A stretch of DNA of 64,000 bases, from the NCBI GenBank assembly GCA_963753435.1, contig CAVWCF010000005.1, forward strand, positions 96,001 through 160,000. The letters run 5' to 3'. Position 1 is the stretch's first letter. Each line of letters begins with the position of its first letter. The position numbers were made by a program, and so were the translations under genes. The stretch is from an uncultured Actinomycetota bacterium (GTDB lineage Bacteria > Actinomycetota > Actinomycetes > CAVWCF01). Below, in pieces: positions 1-10,548 of the stretch. Under the pieces are notes generated by a model. That model did not search any database. It saw only the letters and a list, made by a program, of their open reading frames with translations, and was not told where the DNA came from.

Positions 1-767
1 GCCAGGAACCCCATCAGCGCGGCGAAGCCGATCAGGAACGACAGGTGCCACCAGTCGTCGGTCTGCCAGCCGAAGACGGCATCCCGGACCAGTTGCACCG
101 AGTGGTACAGCGGGTTCAGCTGGGCCAGGGTCTGCGCCCAGGACGGGAAGTTGTCCAAGGGAAAGAACGTGCCGGCCACCAGGAACAGCGGGGTGATGAC
201 GATCGAGGTGACGTAGGAGAAGGAGTCGATGCTGGGCACCACGCCGCTGATCCACTGGCCGAACATCGCGAATCCCGTGCCGGTGACGAAGTTGATGGCC
301 GGGATCGCCAGCATCCCCCAGGTCGGGTCCAGGCCGAAGAACAGCGCCACAACCAGCGGCGCGCAGCCGAACACTGACGCCTTGGCTCCGATCCAGGTCG
401 CTTCGGCCAGCACGACCTCGTGGACATCGGTGGGGGTCGCCAGCACGGCGTCGTAGGTGCGTTGGTAGACGCGCCGCACGTATGTGGTGAACATGCCCGC
501 GAACACCGAGGAGAACAACACCGCAACCGCCACGGTCCCGGTGGCCAGGAATTCCACGTAGGGGATGCCGTTGATCTCGCTGACCAGGGCGCCGAAGCCG
601 AACCCGAAGGCGAGCAGGTAGATCGTGGGCTCGGCGATGCTGGACACCGTGGTGGCCGGCCATAGGCGCCGGAACAGTGTGAGTTCGCGGGTCCACACGC
701 CGACGAACGCGGCTGTGTCCCAGCGTCCGGTTCGGGCCGGTGCCGCGGTCTGCAGGTCGGTGCTCAT
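1..767 (-). CDS. ABC-2 type transporter permease (NodJ-like), 3' end runs off the window
   Basis: Not in the ORF track; translated by hand from ATG at 767, which overlaps the ATPase stop (ATGA). Reads MSTDLQTAAP...EPTIYLLAFGFGFG...YVEFLATG...PLFLVAGTFFPLDNFPSWAQTLAQLNPLYHSVQLVR, a typical ABC-2 membrane pattern. Confidence 0.88.
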   Translation of the reverse strand, partial: MSTDLQTAAPARTGRWDTAAFVGVWTRELTLFRRLWPATTVSSIAEPTIYLLAFGFGFGALVSEINGIPYVEFLATGTVAVAVLFSSVFAGMFTTYVRRVYQRTYDAVLATPTDVHEVVLAEATWIGAKASVFGCAPLVVALFFGLDPTWGMLAIPAINFVTGTGFAMFGQWISGVVPSIDSFSYVTSIVITPLFLVAGTFFPLDNFPSWAQTLAQLNPLYHSVQLVRDAVFGWQTDDWWHLSFLIGFAALMGFL

Positions 768-1696
768 TCGATGGTCTCCCCGGTCAGCAGCACGAACACG
801 TCTTCCAGCGTGGTCGCACGTCGTTCGGCCTCGCCCAGTTGGTCCATGAGGTCTTGCGGCATGGTTTCGGCTCGCAACAGCGACACGGTCGGCCCGGTTC
901 GGCGGGTCGGTTGACCGGCGGCGGACGCCAGCGCGGAGATCTCGGCCAGGCGTGCGGGTGGCCCGTAGTACTCAAGAGCCTCCGCGCCGGCGTGTGTGGC
1001 GATCAGCGAAGCTGGATGCCCGTGGGCGATGAGGCGGCCGCGGTGCATCACCGCCACCTCATCGGCCAGCCGCTCCGCTTCTTCGATGTAGTGCGTCGAC
1101 ATCAAGATGCTCACACCCGAATTGCGCAGAGTGTCGATCAGCGCCCACAACTCCGAACGCACCTGCGGGTCCAGCCCCACTGTCGGCTCGTCCAGCAGGA
1201 GCAGGCGGGGGGAGTGGACCAGCCCGCGGGCGATGAGCAACCGGCGGCGCATGCCTCCGGAAAGAGTCGACGTGCGCGAGTCGGCCCGGTCGGTCAGCTG
1301 TGCCAATCCCAGCGCCTCGGCCACGGCGCTGGCCCGTCGGGCCCTGGGCACGCGGGTCAACGTCGCGAAGACGCGCAGGTTCTCCGCAGCGGTCAGCTCT
1401 TCGTCCAGGTTGTCCTGCTGGGGAACCACCCCCATGAGGGCGCGGGCTGCTTTGGATTGCTGCGGGATCGGTAGACCCAGCACTTCGATCCGGCCGGAGT
1501 CCGGCCGGGCTTGGCCAGTGATCATCCGCATGGTCGTCGTCTTGCCGGCGCCGTTTGGGCCGAGCAGGCCCATGCAGATACCGGGAGCGACTGTCAGGGA
1601 GAAGCCGTCCACTGCGGGGACGGGGCCGTAGCTCTTGCGGACGTCGACGAGGGCCAGCGCGGCGGTCGGCTGTTCGTTTGTCGCTGCTTGGTTCAC
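764..1696 (-). CDS. ABC transporter ATP-binding protein (NodI/DrrA-like)
   Basis: Walker A GPNGAGKTT, signature LSGGMRRR, Walker B LLLLDEPTVGLDP, H-loop STHYIEEAE. Confidence 0.92.
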   Translation of the reverse strand: MNQAATNEQPTAALALVDVRKSYGPVPAVDGFSLTVAPGICMGLLGPNGAGKTTTMRMITGQARPDSGRIEVLGLPIPQQSKAARALMGVVPQQDNLDEELTAAENLRVFATLTRVPRARRASAVAEALGLAQLTDRADSRTSTLSGGMRRRLLIARGLVHSPRLLLLDEPTVGLDPQVRSELWALIDTLRNSGVSILMSTHYIEEAERLADEVAVMHRGRLIAHGHPASLIATHAGAEALEYYGPPARLAEISALASAAGQPTRRTGPTVSLLRAETMPQDLMDQLGEAERRATTLEDVFVLLTGETIE

Positions 1697-1733
1697 TGCG
1701 TAACCGTAGGTGGCGCGGCCAGCCAGGGCACCT

Positions 1734-2750
1734 TCAGATTGCGCGGGAGAAGTCCACCGATGCGTAACGGTGCAGTTTCTTCAACTGGTGCTGCGATTCG
1801 ATGCTTCGGATCGTGCCGCTGCGGCCCCGCATGACCAGCGAGTGGGTGGTGACCCCACCGGACCGGTACCGGGCTCCGCGCAGCAGTTCGCCATCGGTGA
1901 CGCCGGTCGCGACAAAGAACACGTCATCGCCGGAGACGAGGTCGTCGGTGAGCAGCACCTGGTCCAGGTCGTGCCCGGCGTCGATCGCCTTGGCGCGTTC
2001 CTCATCGCTGGTGGGCCACAGGCGTCCCTGGATGACACCGCCCAGACACTTGATTGCGCAGGCGGAAATGATCCCTTCGGGGGTGCCGCCGATGCCGAGC
2101 AGCAGGTCGACGCCGGTGCCTTCCCGCACCGCCATGATGGCGCCGGCCACGTCGCCGTCGGTGATGAACTTGATCCGGGCGCCGGTTTCGCGGATCTCGG
2201 TGACCATCTGCTCGTGCCGGGGCCGGTCGAGGATGCAAACGGTCACGTCCTCGCAGTCCTCGCCCTTGGCGCGAGCCACGCGCCGGATGTTCTCCCCGAC
2301 CGGTGCGGTGATGTCGACAACCCCGGCGGCCTCCGGGCCGGTGGCCAACTTCTCCATGTAGAAGACGGCCGACGGGTCGTACATGGCGTTGCGCGGAGCG
2401 ACGGCCAGCACGGACAGGGCGTTACTCATCCCCTTCGCGGTCAGCGTCGTTCCGTCGATGGGGTCGACGGCCACATCCATCTCCGGGCCCATCCCGGAGC
2501 CGACCCGCTCGCCGTTGAAGAGCATGGGGGCGTCGTCCTTCTCGCCCTCGCCGATGACTACCACGCCGTTCATCTCCACGGTGCCGATCAGGACGCGCAT
2601 GGCGTTGACGGCTGCAGCGTCGGCGCCGTTCTTGTCTCCGCGACCCACCCAACGGCCGGCCGCCATGGCGGCGGCCTCGGTCACCCGCACCAGTTCCAGC
2701 GCCAGGTTTCGGTCCGGCGCCTCGGTTTTGCGCGGTGGGATCGACTCCAC
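1734..2750 (-). CDS. glpX: Fructose-1,6-bisphosphatase class II
   Basis: [53 protein letters not shown]. Start set at GTG 2750 after an AGGAG RBS. Confidence 0.96.
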   Translation of the reverse strand: MESIPPRKTEAPDRNLALELVRVTEAAAMAAGRWVGRGDKNGADAAAVNAMRVLIGTVEMNGVVVIGEGEKDDAPMLFNGERVGSGMGPEMDVAVDPIDGTTLTAKGMSNALSVLAVAPRNAMYDPSAVFYMEKLATGPEAAGVVDITAPVGENIRRVARAKGEDCEDVTVCILDRPRHEQMVTEIRETGARIKFITDGDVAGAIMAVREGTGVDLLLGIGGTPEGIISACAIKCLGGVIQGRLWPTSDEERAKAIDAGHDLDQVLLTDDLVSGDDVFFVATGVTDGELLRGARYRSGGVTTHSLVMRGRSGTIRSIESQHQLKKLHRYASVDFSRAI

Positions 2751-2815
2751 GTGAGCTCCTTCGGTTGATTGGAGGATAGCCACCCCGCGCGCAGCGGGTC
2801 GGCGTCGGAGACCAT

Positions 2816-3331
2816 GTGGTCATGGCGCGGCGACGAGGATTCGAAGGGGTCGGGGACATGACCCGGTCCCTGGGCCTGGTGTTGTTGGTGGTGGCGGCCA
2901 TCGTGTTGTTCACGCTGCGTTCGACCCCGGACGAGCCGATCCCGACCGTGGACCCCACCGAAACCCTGGCGGCCGCCGCGGCCGCCGACCTGCCGGTCGT
3001 CGAAGCGGACACACCAAGCGGATGGCGAGTCACCAGCGCCCGTTTCGAGGAAGCCCCACCGCAGCGGTACGCGGTCGGCTTCCTGACCCCGACTGAGGAC
3101 TTCGCCGGCTACGGGGTAACCACGGATGTTGACGGATTAGTGGAGGAGTTCGTGCGCGACGCGGACCGTGGGGGCACGGTAACCGTCGCCGAGCGCACCT
3201 GGGACGTCTACGCCGGACCCGATCGACTGGCTTGGGTCACCGAGTTGCCGGACGAGTCGGTCTGGCTGGTCGTGACCGGGTCCGACCCGGCACTGCTGAC
3301 CCAGCTGGCCGAGTCGCTGACCCTGGTCTGA
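2816..3331 (+). CDS. DUF4245-family membrane-anchored protein
   Basis: [10 protein letters not shown] plus TM helix, P-x-GW-x-x-TSAR, GFLTP; sits divergent from glpX as usual in actinobacteria. Confidence 0.75.
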   Translation: MVMARRRGFEGVGDMTRSLGLVLLVVAAIVLFTLRSTPDEPIPTVDPTETLAAAAAADLPVVEADTPSGWRVTSARFEEAPPQRYAVGFLTPTEDFAGYGVTTDVDGLVEEFVRDADRGGTVTVAERTWDVYAGPDRLAWVTELPDESVWLVVTGSDPALLTQLAESLTLV

Positions 3332-3341
3332 GCTTCGTCAG

Positions 3342-3608
3342 CTACCCGTCGTCTTCGGGCTGCGCTGCGGCCAGCCGCTCCCGCGCCCCGTCCAGCCAGC
3401 GTTGGCAGATCTTGGCGAGCGCTTCGCCACGCTCCCACAGCGCGAGGGACTCCTCCAGGGTCGTGCCCCCGGCCTCAAGTCGTTTGACAACGTCGATCAG
3501 TTCGTCACGGGCCTGCTCGTAACCGAGTTCCGCATCGGCCCCAAGCGATCCGGCGGCGGCAACCGGATCCGTTTCGGCCGCGCCTTCGCCGCTGGACTTC
3601 TGAGCCAC
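3342..3608 (-). CDS. xseB: Exodeoxyribonuclease VII small subunit
   Basis: [37 protein letters not shown]; directly downstream of xseA. Confidence 0.95.
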   Translation of the reverse strand: MAQKSSGEGAAETDPVAAAGSLGADAELGYEQARDELIDVVKRLEAGGTTLEESLALWERGEALAKICQRWLDGARERLAAAQPEDDG

Positions 3609-3623
3609 CCGCCGAGCCTATGG

Positions 3624-4832
3624 CTAACCCAACGACTCGGCGGTTACCTCGTCGCTGGCCAGCCGGATCCGCAGGTGGGTGCCTGCCGGCGCATCGGCAG
3701 CGGACCGCACCAGTTGCCCGTCCTGGCGCTGAACCAGTGCATACCCGCGTTGCAGCGTCGCGCGCGGTGACAGCGCGCGAACACGCGCCAGGGCGTGGGT
3801 CAGGTCGTCCGCGGCCGCACTCAGGCGGTGCCCCAGCCGGTTCCGGGCGACACGGGTGAGGTCGGCGATTCGGTCGGCTTCGGCATCCAGGCGCAGCCCG
3901 GGGCTGGACAGCGCGGGTCGCGCCCGGGTGGTGTCCAACCAGTGCTGCTCCTGATCCAGCCGGGCGGTGATCAGCCGCTGCAGTCGTTTGCGCGCCTCGC
4001 TGACTTGACGCGCTTCTTCGGCCACGTCGGGCACGACACGGCGGGCCGCATCGGTCGGGGTCGAAGCGCGCACGTCGGCGACCAGGTCCAGCAGCGGGGT
4101 GTCGGTTTCGTGGCCGATGGCGCTGACGATCGGCGTGGCCGCCCGGGCCACGGCCCGGACGAGGTTTTCGTCGGAGAACGGCAGCAGATCCTCAACCGAT
4201 CCGCCACCGCGCGCGATGACGATGACGTCCACGGTGCGGTCGGCATCCAGCGAGCCGATTTCGGCGACCACCTCGGACACCGCGTACGGGCCTTGCACCG
4301 CGACGTTGCGCACTTCGAAACGGACTCCGGGCCATCGCCGCCGCGCGTTGTCCAACACGTCGCGTTCGGCCGCAGAGCCGCGACCGCAGATGAGGCCCAC
4401 GCCCCGCGGCAGGAACGGCAGTGCCCGCTTGCGGTCGGCAGCGAACAGTCCTTCGGCGGCCAACTGGGCCTTGAGGCGCTCCAGGCGGGCCAGCAGTTCG
4501 CCCAAGCCGACGTGGCGGATGTCGTCGGCACGCAAGGAGAGCGTGCCGCGGGTCAAGTACAAGTTGGGTTTGGCGCGAAGCACGACGCGGGTGCCGGCGA
4601 CCGGCGGCGGGTCAACCGCGTCCACGAGCGAACTGGGCGCGGTTATGGACAAGGAGAGGTCGGCGGCGGGGTCGCGCAAGGTCAAGAACACCGTGGCCAT
4701 GCCCGGGCGGCGGCTGATCTGCGTGATCTGCCCCTCAACCCAGATCCACCCCAGCCTGTCGATCCACTCGCCGAGCATCTGGCTGACCCGGCGAACCGGC
4801 AGCGGTTGCTCCGGGGAGGTCTCGACGGGCAT
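3624..4832 (-). CDS. xseA: Exodeoxyribonuclease VII large subunit
   Basis: WVEGQI OB-fold, [48 protein letters not shown]. Confidence 0.96.
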   Translation of the reverse strand: MPVETSPEQPLPVRRVSQMLGEWIDRLGWIWVEGQITQISRRPGMATVFLTLRDPAADLSLSITAPSSLVDAVDPPPVAGTRVVLRAKPNLYLTRGTLSLRADDIRHVGLGELLARLERLKAQLAAEGLFAADRKRALPFLPRGVGLICGRGSAAERDVLDNARRRWPGVRFEVRNVAVQGPYAVSEVVAEIGSLDADRTVDVIVIARGGGSVEDLLPFSDENLVRAVARAATPIVSAIGHETDTPLLDLVADVRASTPTDAARRVVPDVAEEARQVSEARKRLQRLITARLDQEQHWLDTTRARPALSSPGLRLDAEADRIADLTRVARNRLGHRLSAAADDLTHALARVRALSPRATLQRGYALVQRQDGQLVRSAADAPAGTHLRIRLASDEVTAESLG

Positions 4833-4862
4833 GCCCGGAGCCTAGGCACCTAGCATGAGCAG

Positions 4863-5870
4863 GTGACCGCAGACACAAGTTCCACTCCCGCCTCGGAGTC
4901 CGCGCCGTTCAGCAACGGCGCCGGACGAGTGCTACTGGCCGCCCCGCGCGGGTACTGCGCTGGTGTGGACCGCGCGGTCATCACGGTCGAGAAGGCCCTG
5001 GAGTTGCACGGCGCCCCCGTCTACGTGCGCAAGCAGATCGTGCACAACAAGCACGTGGTGGAGACGCTGCAGGAGCGCGGCGCGGTGTTCGTGGATGAGG
5101 TTGAGGAAGTACCGGAGGGGGCTTTGGTGGTCTTCTCCGCTCATGGTGTGGCGCCGGAGGTGCACGACCAGGCGGCCGAGCGGCAACTGCGGACCATTGA
5201 TGCGACCTGCCCGCTGGTCACCAAGGTCCACCAGGAGGCCAGGCGGTTCGCCGACGAGGGCTACGACATCCTCCTGATCGGTCACGAGGGCCATGAAGAG
5301 GTCGTGGGGACGATGGGTGAGGCCCCGGACCGGATCCGGCTGGTTCAGGGACCCGAAGAGGCAGACGCGCTCGAACTCGGCGACGGGAAGAAGGTCGCCT
5401 GGCTTTCGCAGACCACTTTGTCGGTGGATGAGACGCAGCAGACTGTTGAGCGTCTTCGGGAGCGACTGCCAATGCTGATCGACCCGCCCAGTGATGACAT
5501 CTGCTACGCCACCCAGAATCGCCAGGAGGCGATCAAACAGGTGGCCGCTGAGTCCGACCTCGTCATCGTCGTGGGTTCGCGCAACTCCTCCAACTCGGTG
5601 CGGTTGGTGGAGGTCAGCCGCGAGTTGGGAGCTGCCGCCCACCTCGTGGATGCGGCTGTCGAGATCGACGAGTCGTGGCTGGACGGCGTGAAGACGGTGG
5701 GTGTCACCAGCGGCGCGTCGGTCCCGGAGATTCTGGTGCGCGGGGTGCTGCAGTGGCTGGCCGAGCGCGGGTTCGGCGATGTTCACGAGGTGCGGTCGGC
5801 TGAGGAGACCCTGCTCTTTGCGCTACCGCCGGAACTGCGTCGAGACATGCGAGCCGCGGCCAAGGGCTGA
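4863..5870 (+). CDS. ispH: 4-hydroxy-3-methylbut-2-enyl diphosphate reductase
   Basis: [59 protein letters not shown]. Confidence 0.97.
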   Translation: MTADTSSTPASESAPFSNGAGRVLLAAPRGYCAGVDRAVITVEKALELHGAPVYVRKQIVHNKHVVETLQERGAVFVDEVEEVPEGALVVFSAHGVAPEVHDQAAERQLRTIDATCPLVTKVHQEARRFADEGYDILLIGHEGHEEVVGTMGEAPDRIRLVQGPEEADALELGDGKKVAWLSQTTLSVDETQQTVERLRERLPMLIDPPSDDICYATQNRQEAIKQVAAESDLVIVVGSRNSSNSVRLVEVSRELGAAAHLVDAAVEIDESWLDGVKTVGVTSGASVPEILVRGVLQWLAERGFGDVHEVRSAEETLLFALPPELRRDMRAAAKG

Positions 5871-5887
5871 GCCCGTTGGGAGTCGAC

Positions 5888-6304
5888 CTATCCGCGTCGG
5901 ATGCGGTCGCGCCGGGTGAACGCCACCACCAAGGCGGCGGCCAACCCGAAGATGAGCGTCGGGGCTTCGTCGGCCAGCAGGAAGGTGATTCCGGCGGCAC
6001 GTTCCAATAGCCCGCCGCCGGCGTCGGGTCCGATCAGCGAAACGATCAGCATCGCGGCCGCGTAGGCGATCGGCGCCAGGATCGCGGCCCAGAACCTGTC
6101 AGTAGCGCGGATTCGCCAGGCGGCGTACAGGCACAAGGCGGTGAAGGAGACGGCGAACGGCCAGCCGATGCCGTTGCCCAGGTAGGCGTCAACCGTCGCT
6201 GCCGCGGCGGCGCCGACGATCAGGATGGCCCCCACGGTGGGGACGCTCAGGCCACCGAACGCGGCCGCGCGATGCCGCGATCCGGTCTCGATTGGCTGGC
6301 TCAC
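5888..6304 (-). CDS. Small integral membrane protein (DUF6542-like)
   Basis: About 4 hydrophobic helices, W-x-A-x-x-x-P-x-x-Y motif; conserved position between ispH and rmuC. Confidence 0.6.
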   Translation of the reverse strand: MSQPIETGSRHRAAAFGGLSVPTVGAILIVGAAAAATVDAYLGNGIGWPFAVSFTALCLYAAWRIRATDRFWAAILAPIAYAAAMLIVSLIGPDAGGGLLERAAGITFLLADEAPTLIFGLAAALVVAFTRRDRIRRG

Positions 6305-6343
6305 GCGGCGATCACGCGGCGCACATTAGCCGCATCGGCCGCT

Positions 6344-7750
6344 TCAGCCGGTGGCCGACTCCGGTCTCGCCGGGGGTGTCGGGAACAGGCCGTAGCGCTG
6401 GTCGCCCGCAGGGTCCTCGGTCGCTGCAACCTGGTCTTCAGTCGCCGCCGTGTCGGCTCGGACCGGGAGCACCCGGAGGTCCACATCGGCGTCGGGCACC
6501 AACTCCGCGGCCGTCAGCACCTGCGGGCGGTCGCCGTGAAGGGGCTCCAGGGGAGCGAGCTCACCGTCGACCACTTCCATCTCGTTCAGCTTGCGTGCGG
6601 TCACCATTACCCGCCGCTCCAGGGAGCCGACGGCCTTGTTGTAGTCCTCCGTCACCCGAGCGATGGATCGACCCAACTTGGTGACGTGATCGCCCATCTT
6701 CCCCAGCCGCTCGTACAGCTCGCGGCCCAGATCAAAGACCTCCTGTGCCTTGTGCGCCAGGGCCTCCTGTTGCCAGGCGTAGGCGATGGTCCGCAGCATC
6801 GACATCAGGGTCGTTGGTGTGGCGATGATGACCTTCTTGGCCATCGCTTCCTCCAACAGCGCCGGATCCCGTTCCAGTGCCGGCGCCAGGAACGCCTCAC
6901 CGGGAACGAACAGGACCACGAACTCCGGCGCGGGGGAGAACTGCGACCAGTACCCCTTGCCGGCCAAGTCGTTGACGTGCTTGCGCAGGTGCTTGGCGTG
7001 TGCTTGTAGGCGCTGCTCTGCGTGCGCTGGGTCAGTGGACTCGTGCGCTTCCAGGTAAGCCGCCAGGCTGACCTTTGAGTCGACCACAACCTGTTTTCCA
7101 CCGGCCAGGCGGACCACCATGTCCGGGCGCAAGCGGTCATCGCCGGTGGCGCTGACCTGCTCATCGAAGTCGACGCGGGGGCTCATGCCGCTGAGCTCGA
7201 CGATCCGCTGAAGTTGCAGTTCGCCCCACCGGCCGCGTGTCTGCGGAGCGCGCAGCGCGTTGACCAACGACGACGTCTCCGACCGCAGTTTCTCGTTGTT
7301 GGTCAGCATTTGGCGTACCTGTTCGGACAACTCGGCTTCGGCTCGGGCGCGCCGGGTCTCCAGGTCGCTGAGTTGAGTCTCAACTTTGCCGAGGGTGTCA
7401 CGAAGCGGGGCCACCAGTTGCTCTACGGCCTTCTCCCGCTTGGCAAGCTCGGCCGCATTGGACTGTTCGGCCTGCTGCCAGCGCTGGGTCGCCAACTGCA
7501 GGAAGTCCTCCTTCGTGGTTCGCAGCACCCGTCCGGCCAGTGCTTCGAACTCCGCGACTAGCCGCTCCTGGTCGCGGTTCATCTGCTCCAGTCGTTCCCC
7601 GGTCAGCCGTCGTTCAGCGTCCAAGGTGGCCTGCGTGGCGGCGGCCTGGGCTGCCCCGGAAGCGGCCCCCTGGGTGCGTCCCCAGGCCCATCCCAAGGCC
7701 AGACCGATCAAACTGCCGGCAAACGCCAGGATCACAGCTAGTGCGCTCAT
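6344..7750 (-). CDS. rmuC: DNA recombination protein RmuC
   Basis: N-terminal TM plus coiled coil, RGRWGELQL, LRPDMVVRL, VVVDSKV, PEFVVLFVPGE, ATPTTL. Start trimmed to ATG 7750 because the longer ORF overlaps ychF. Confidence 0.93.
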   Translation of the reverse strand: MSALAVILAFAGSLIGLALGWAWGRTQGAASGAAQAAATQATLDAERRLTGERLEQMNRDQERLVAEFEALAGRVLRTTKEDFLQLATQRWQQAEQSNAAELAKREKAVEQLVAPLRDTLGKVETQLSDLETRRARAEAELSEQVRQMLTNNEKLRSETSSLVNALRAPQTRGRWGELQLQRIVELSGMSPRVDFDEQVSATGDDRLRPDMVVRLAGGKQVVVDSKVSLAAYLEAHESTDPAHAEQRLQAHAKHLRKHVNDLAGKGYWSQFSPAPEFVVLFVPGEAFLAPALERDPALLEEAMAKKVIIATPTTLMSMLRTIAYAWQQEALAHKAQEVFDLGRELYERLGKMGDHVTKLGRSIARVTEDYNKAVGSLERRVMVTARKLNEMEVVDGELAPLEPLHGDRPQVLTAAELVPDADVDLRVLPVRADTAATEDQVAATEDPAGDQRYGLFPTPPARPESATG

Positions 7751-7820
7751 GAAGTCGATGCTGCCAGGGGGGTCCGACAGATTCGGGGCGGCGCGCGGTT
7801 GACGCCTAGACTCCACCGCC

Positions 7821-8894
7821 GTGGCTCTGCAGATCGGGATCGTCGGACTACCCAACGTGGGTAAGTCGACGCTCTTCAACGCCCTGACCAAGAACCAGGT
7901 GCTGGCGGCCAACTACCCATTCGCGACCATCGAGCCGAACGTCGGCGTGGTCCCGGTGCCCGACTCGCGGCTGGCCGTTCTGGCTGGGATCTTCGGCTCC
8001 GCCAAGCAACTTCCGGCCACGGTTGAGTTCGTCGATATCGCGGGGATCGTCAAGGGCGCCAGCGAGGGCGCTGGGCTTGGCAACAAATTCCTGGCGAACA
8101 TCCGCGAGGCGGATGCGATCTGCCAGGTGCTGCGCGTCTTCGAGGACCCGGACGTCACGCACGTCGACGGGCGGATCTCACCGGCCGACGACCGGGAAAC
8201 CATCAATACCGAGTTGATCCTGGCCGACCTGCAGACGCTGGAGAAGGCGATCCCGCGGCTGGAGAAGGAGTCGCGCATCAACAAGGAAGCAAGGCCCGCC
8301 CTGGCGGCGGCTCAGGAAGCGGCGGAGGTGCTCAACTCCGGCCAAACCGTCTTCGAAGCCAAACTCGATCCGGCTCCGTTGCGCGAGCTGTCGCTGCTGA
8401 CGACCAAGCCGTTCCTGTACGTCTTCAATGTGGATGAGGACGCCCTGGCGAATGAGGGGCTGCGCAAGGAGCTGGCGGAGATCGTTGCCCCGGCCGAAGC
8501 GGTGTTCCTCGACGCGAAGATCGAGTCGGAGCTAATTGAGTTGCCCGACGATGAGGCGTTGGAGTTGCTGCAGTCGCTTGGGCAGGAGGAGTCCGGCCTC
8601 TCCCAGTTGGCGCGGATCGGATTCGACACTCTGGGTCTGCAGACCTACCTGACTGCCGGGCCGAAAGAGGCCAGGGCCTGGACTATCCGCAAGGGGGCGA
8701 CTGCCCCGGAAGCCGCCGGAGTCATTCACACGGACTTCGAGAAGGGCTTCATCAAGGCCGAGGTGGTGTCCTTCGACGCCTTGGTGGCGGCCGGCTCGAT
8801 GGCTGAGGCGCGGTCCCGCGGCCAGGTGCGGATGGAAGGCAAGGACTACGTCATGGCTGACGGCGATGTTGTGGAGTTCCGCTTCAACGTCTGA
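7821..8894 (+). CDS. ychF: Redox-regulated ATPase YchF (Obg family)
   Basis: GIVGLPNVGKSTLFN, ANYPFATIEPN, DIAGIVKGAS, C-terminal TGS domain EGKDYVMADGDVVEFRFNV. Confidence 0.97.
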   Translation: MALQIGIVGLPNVGKSTLFNALTKNQVLAANYPFATIEPNVGVVPVPDSRLAVLAGIFGSAKQLPATVEFVDIAGIVKGASEGAGLGNKFLANIREADAICQVLRVFEDPDVTHVDGRISPADDRETINTELILADLQTLEKAIPRLEKESRINKEARPALAAAQEAAEVLNSGQTVFEAKLDPAPLRELSLLTTKPFLYVFNVDEDALANEGLRKELAEIVAPAEAVFLDAKIESELIELPDDEALELLQSLGQEESGLSQLARIGFDTLGLQTYLTAGPKEARAWTIRKGATAPEAAGVIHTDFEKGFIKAEVVSFDALVAAGSMAEARSRGQVRMEGKDYVMADGDVVEFRFNV

Positions 8895-8954
8895 CGCCTA
8901 AGCCAGCCACGCAGCGATTGAGCGGGTTTCCATGTCTGACCTGCGGCGATACCC

Positions 8955-9023
8955 CCGGACAACTCCGGTTGATTCCGGGTATTGCTGAACGTCTGGTGTA
9001 CGCGATGTGTACAAGAAGTGTGA
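8955..9023. repeat. Helically phased short direct repeats just after ychF (possible att-arm relic)
   Basis: CCGG at 8955, 8965, 8975 (10-bp period); GTGTAC/GTGTAC/GTGTGA at 8996, 9007, 9018 (11-bp period). Confidence 0.55.
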
Positions 9024-9042
9024 TTCTCAATCCAGGCTGTGA

Positions 9043-9636
9043 CTATGAGGGCGCAAACATCACGGTCACGTTGCTGTCCCAGCCGCCCTCGTCAGGGTTG
9101 TAGTCACCGCCACAAGTGACCAGGACCACCCGGGGCGGCCCGTCCTGCGCGAAGAGTTCTTCGTACGGCAAGACTTCCTTGCGGTAGCTGGCAACCTCGG
9201 CAACGGTGTAGTTGCGCTCCACCCCGTCGGCTCCGGTCAACGCCATCGACGTTCCCGGCTGCAGGTTCACTGCCTCAGCAAAGGGCCCGGTCCCGTATTC
9301 GGCTGAGTCGAGGTGGGCGACTAGGACGGTGGTGCCTTGCTCGCTACCTGGCGCGACGCCTGCCCGCCACCAGCCGACTACCCACGGTTCGGGCGGGATC
9401 TCCAGGACACGATCCTGCGTGCTGACCGGCCGAATCTCTGAGTCCACGTCGATGGCGGGTAACCGCATCCGCAACGGCGGTTCGCCCCGATCAGATCCGG
9501 GAGCCGGTTCGGAACTCGCTGTCGGCGCTTCAGCGGGACTGCGAGATGAATCGACTGGCTCGTCAGCGCAGCCTGCAAGCAGCACCCCAACCGAAGCCGC
9601 CAGCGCAATCCACCGTGCTGCGATGCCAGGGGGCAC
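9043..9636 (-). CDS. Class F sortase, with lipoprotein-like N-terminus (LLAGC)
   Basis: P-x-RMRLPAIDVD, VGWW...PGSEQGTTVLVAHLDS (His), RVVLVTCGGDY (catalytic TC), GW.SNVTV. Confidence 0.88.
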   Translation of the reverse strand: MPPGIAARWIALAASVGVLLAGCADEPVDSSRSPAEAPTASSEPAPGSDRGEPPLRMRLPAIDVDSEIRPVSTQDRVLEIPPEPWVVGWWRAGVAPGSEQGTTVLVAHLDSAEYGTGPFAEAVNLQPGTSMALTGADGVERNYTVAEVASYRKEVLPYEELFAQDGPPRVVLVTCGGDYNPDEGGWDSNVTVMFAPS

Positions 9637-10404
9637 TCACACCTGGTAGCGGCCCTTCCTCCGCACAGCCATCCAGGCGGAGGTCCCAGCAATGATCGTG
9701 AGCACGGCGCCCAACAGCCACCCGGCGCTGCCAGCACCGAACAGCGATCGGCTCGACTCTTGTCCAGCTGGCACGGCGGTAGGCAGCAGCGTCTCGTCCC
9801 CGGCCGCGCCAAGTGCACCACCCGCAACGTCACCGGATGACCCCGGGGCCGGCGTGACAGTAGACGTCGGTTCCGCAGACCCGGTCGGCGTTGGTATCGC
9901 GGTACCGGTCGGGGTGGGCGTCGCCGTCGGGGGCTGTGTCGGGGTCAAGGTCACCGACAGTGGAGCCGTCTCAAGACCATTCGGACTGACACCGGCGATC
10001 TGGCTTTCCGCGGTGACCGGGATCGTCCCAGCCGGCGCCGAAGCACCAACGGTCAAGCCCACCGTGAGTTGCACCGCGTTGGATGCATCGAACGGGATCC
10101 ATCCGCACGCAACCGATGTCGCAGTCACACCACAGGGTCCATTGGCCCAGGATGGCTCGGTAGCGAGCGCGAACGTGGTTGGGCTTCCCGACGGCACGCT
10201 TAGCGTCACCTGAATCTCGCCGCTGGACGACGTCCAACCTGAGGCCCCGAAGACCGCACTCACCTGCACGGTTTCACCAGGCGCCGCCGTGTTCGGCGTG
10301 ATGACGACGGAATCTACGCTCGCAAAAGCGGGCGCAGCCATCATCAACCCGACAGGGACACTCACGGCGATAGCGACGCCAAGGGCAACCGAACGGCTCT
10401 TCAT
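9637..10404 (-). CDS. Secreted/cell-surface protein with Pro-Thr linker and C-terminal sorting-like signal; probable sortase F substrate
   Basis: Signal peptide ending APAFA, beta-rich domain with 2 Cys, (TP)n linker, LPTAVPAG plus TM helix plus RRKGR tail; abuts the sortase gene. Confidence 0.7.
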   Translation of the reverse strand: MKSRSVALGVAIAVSVPVGLMMAAPAFASVDSVVITPNTAAPGETVQVSAVFGASGWTSSSGEIQVTLSVPSGSPTTFALATEPSWANGPCGVTATSVACGWIPFDASNAVQLTVGLTVGASAPAGTIPVTAESQIAGVSPNGLETAPLSVTLTPTQPPTATPTPTGTAIPTPTGSAEPTSTVTPAPGSSGDVAGGALGAAGDETLLPTAVPAGQESSRSLFGAGSAGWLLGAVLTIIAGTSAWMAVRRKGRYQV

Positions 10405-10548
10405 CTGCTCCCCAATTGCTTGCCGACCACGGCCATGTGGCCAGAACTCAACACTAGACGCTTCACACTATCGAGCGATTCACGCTTCCGCGACTTCACC
10501 GCACGGCGAGTTCGGGCAACCTCCGTATCCGGTACGAGCGGCGGCCAA

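Noticed and set aside
1-1696. nodI/nodJ as evidence of nodulation-factor export
   Set aside because: This ABC-2 subfamily is widespread in actinobacteria and no nodABC genes are visible.
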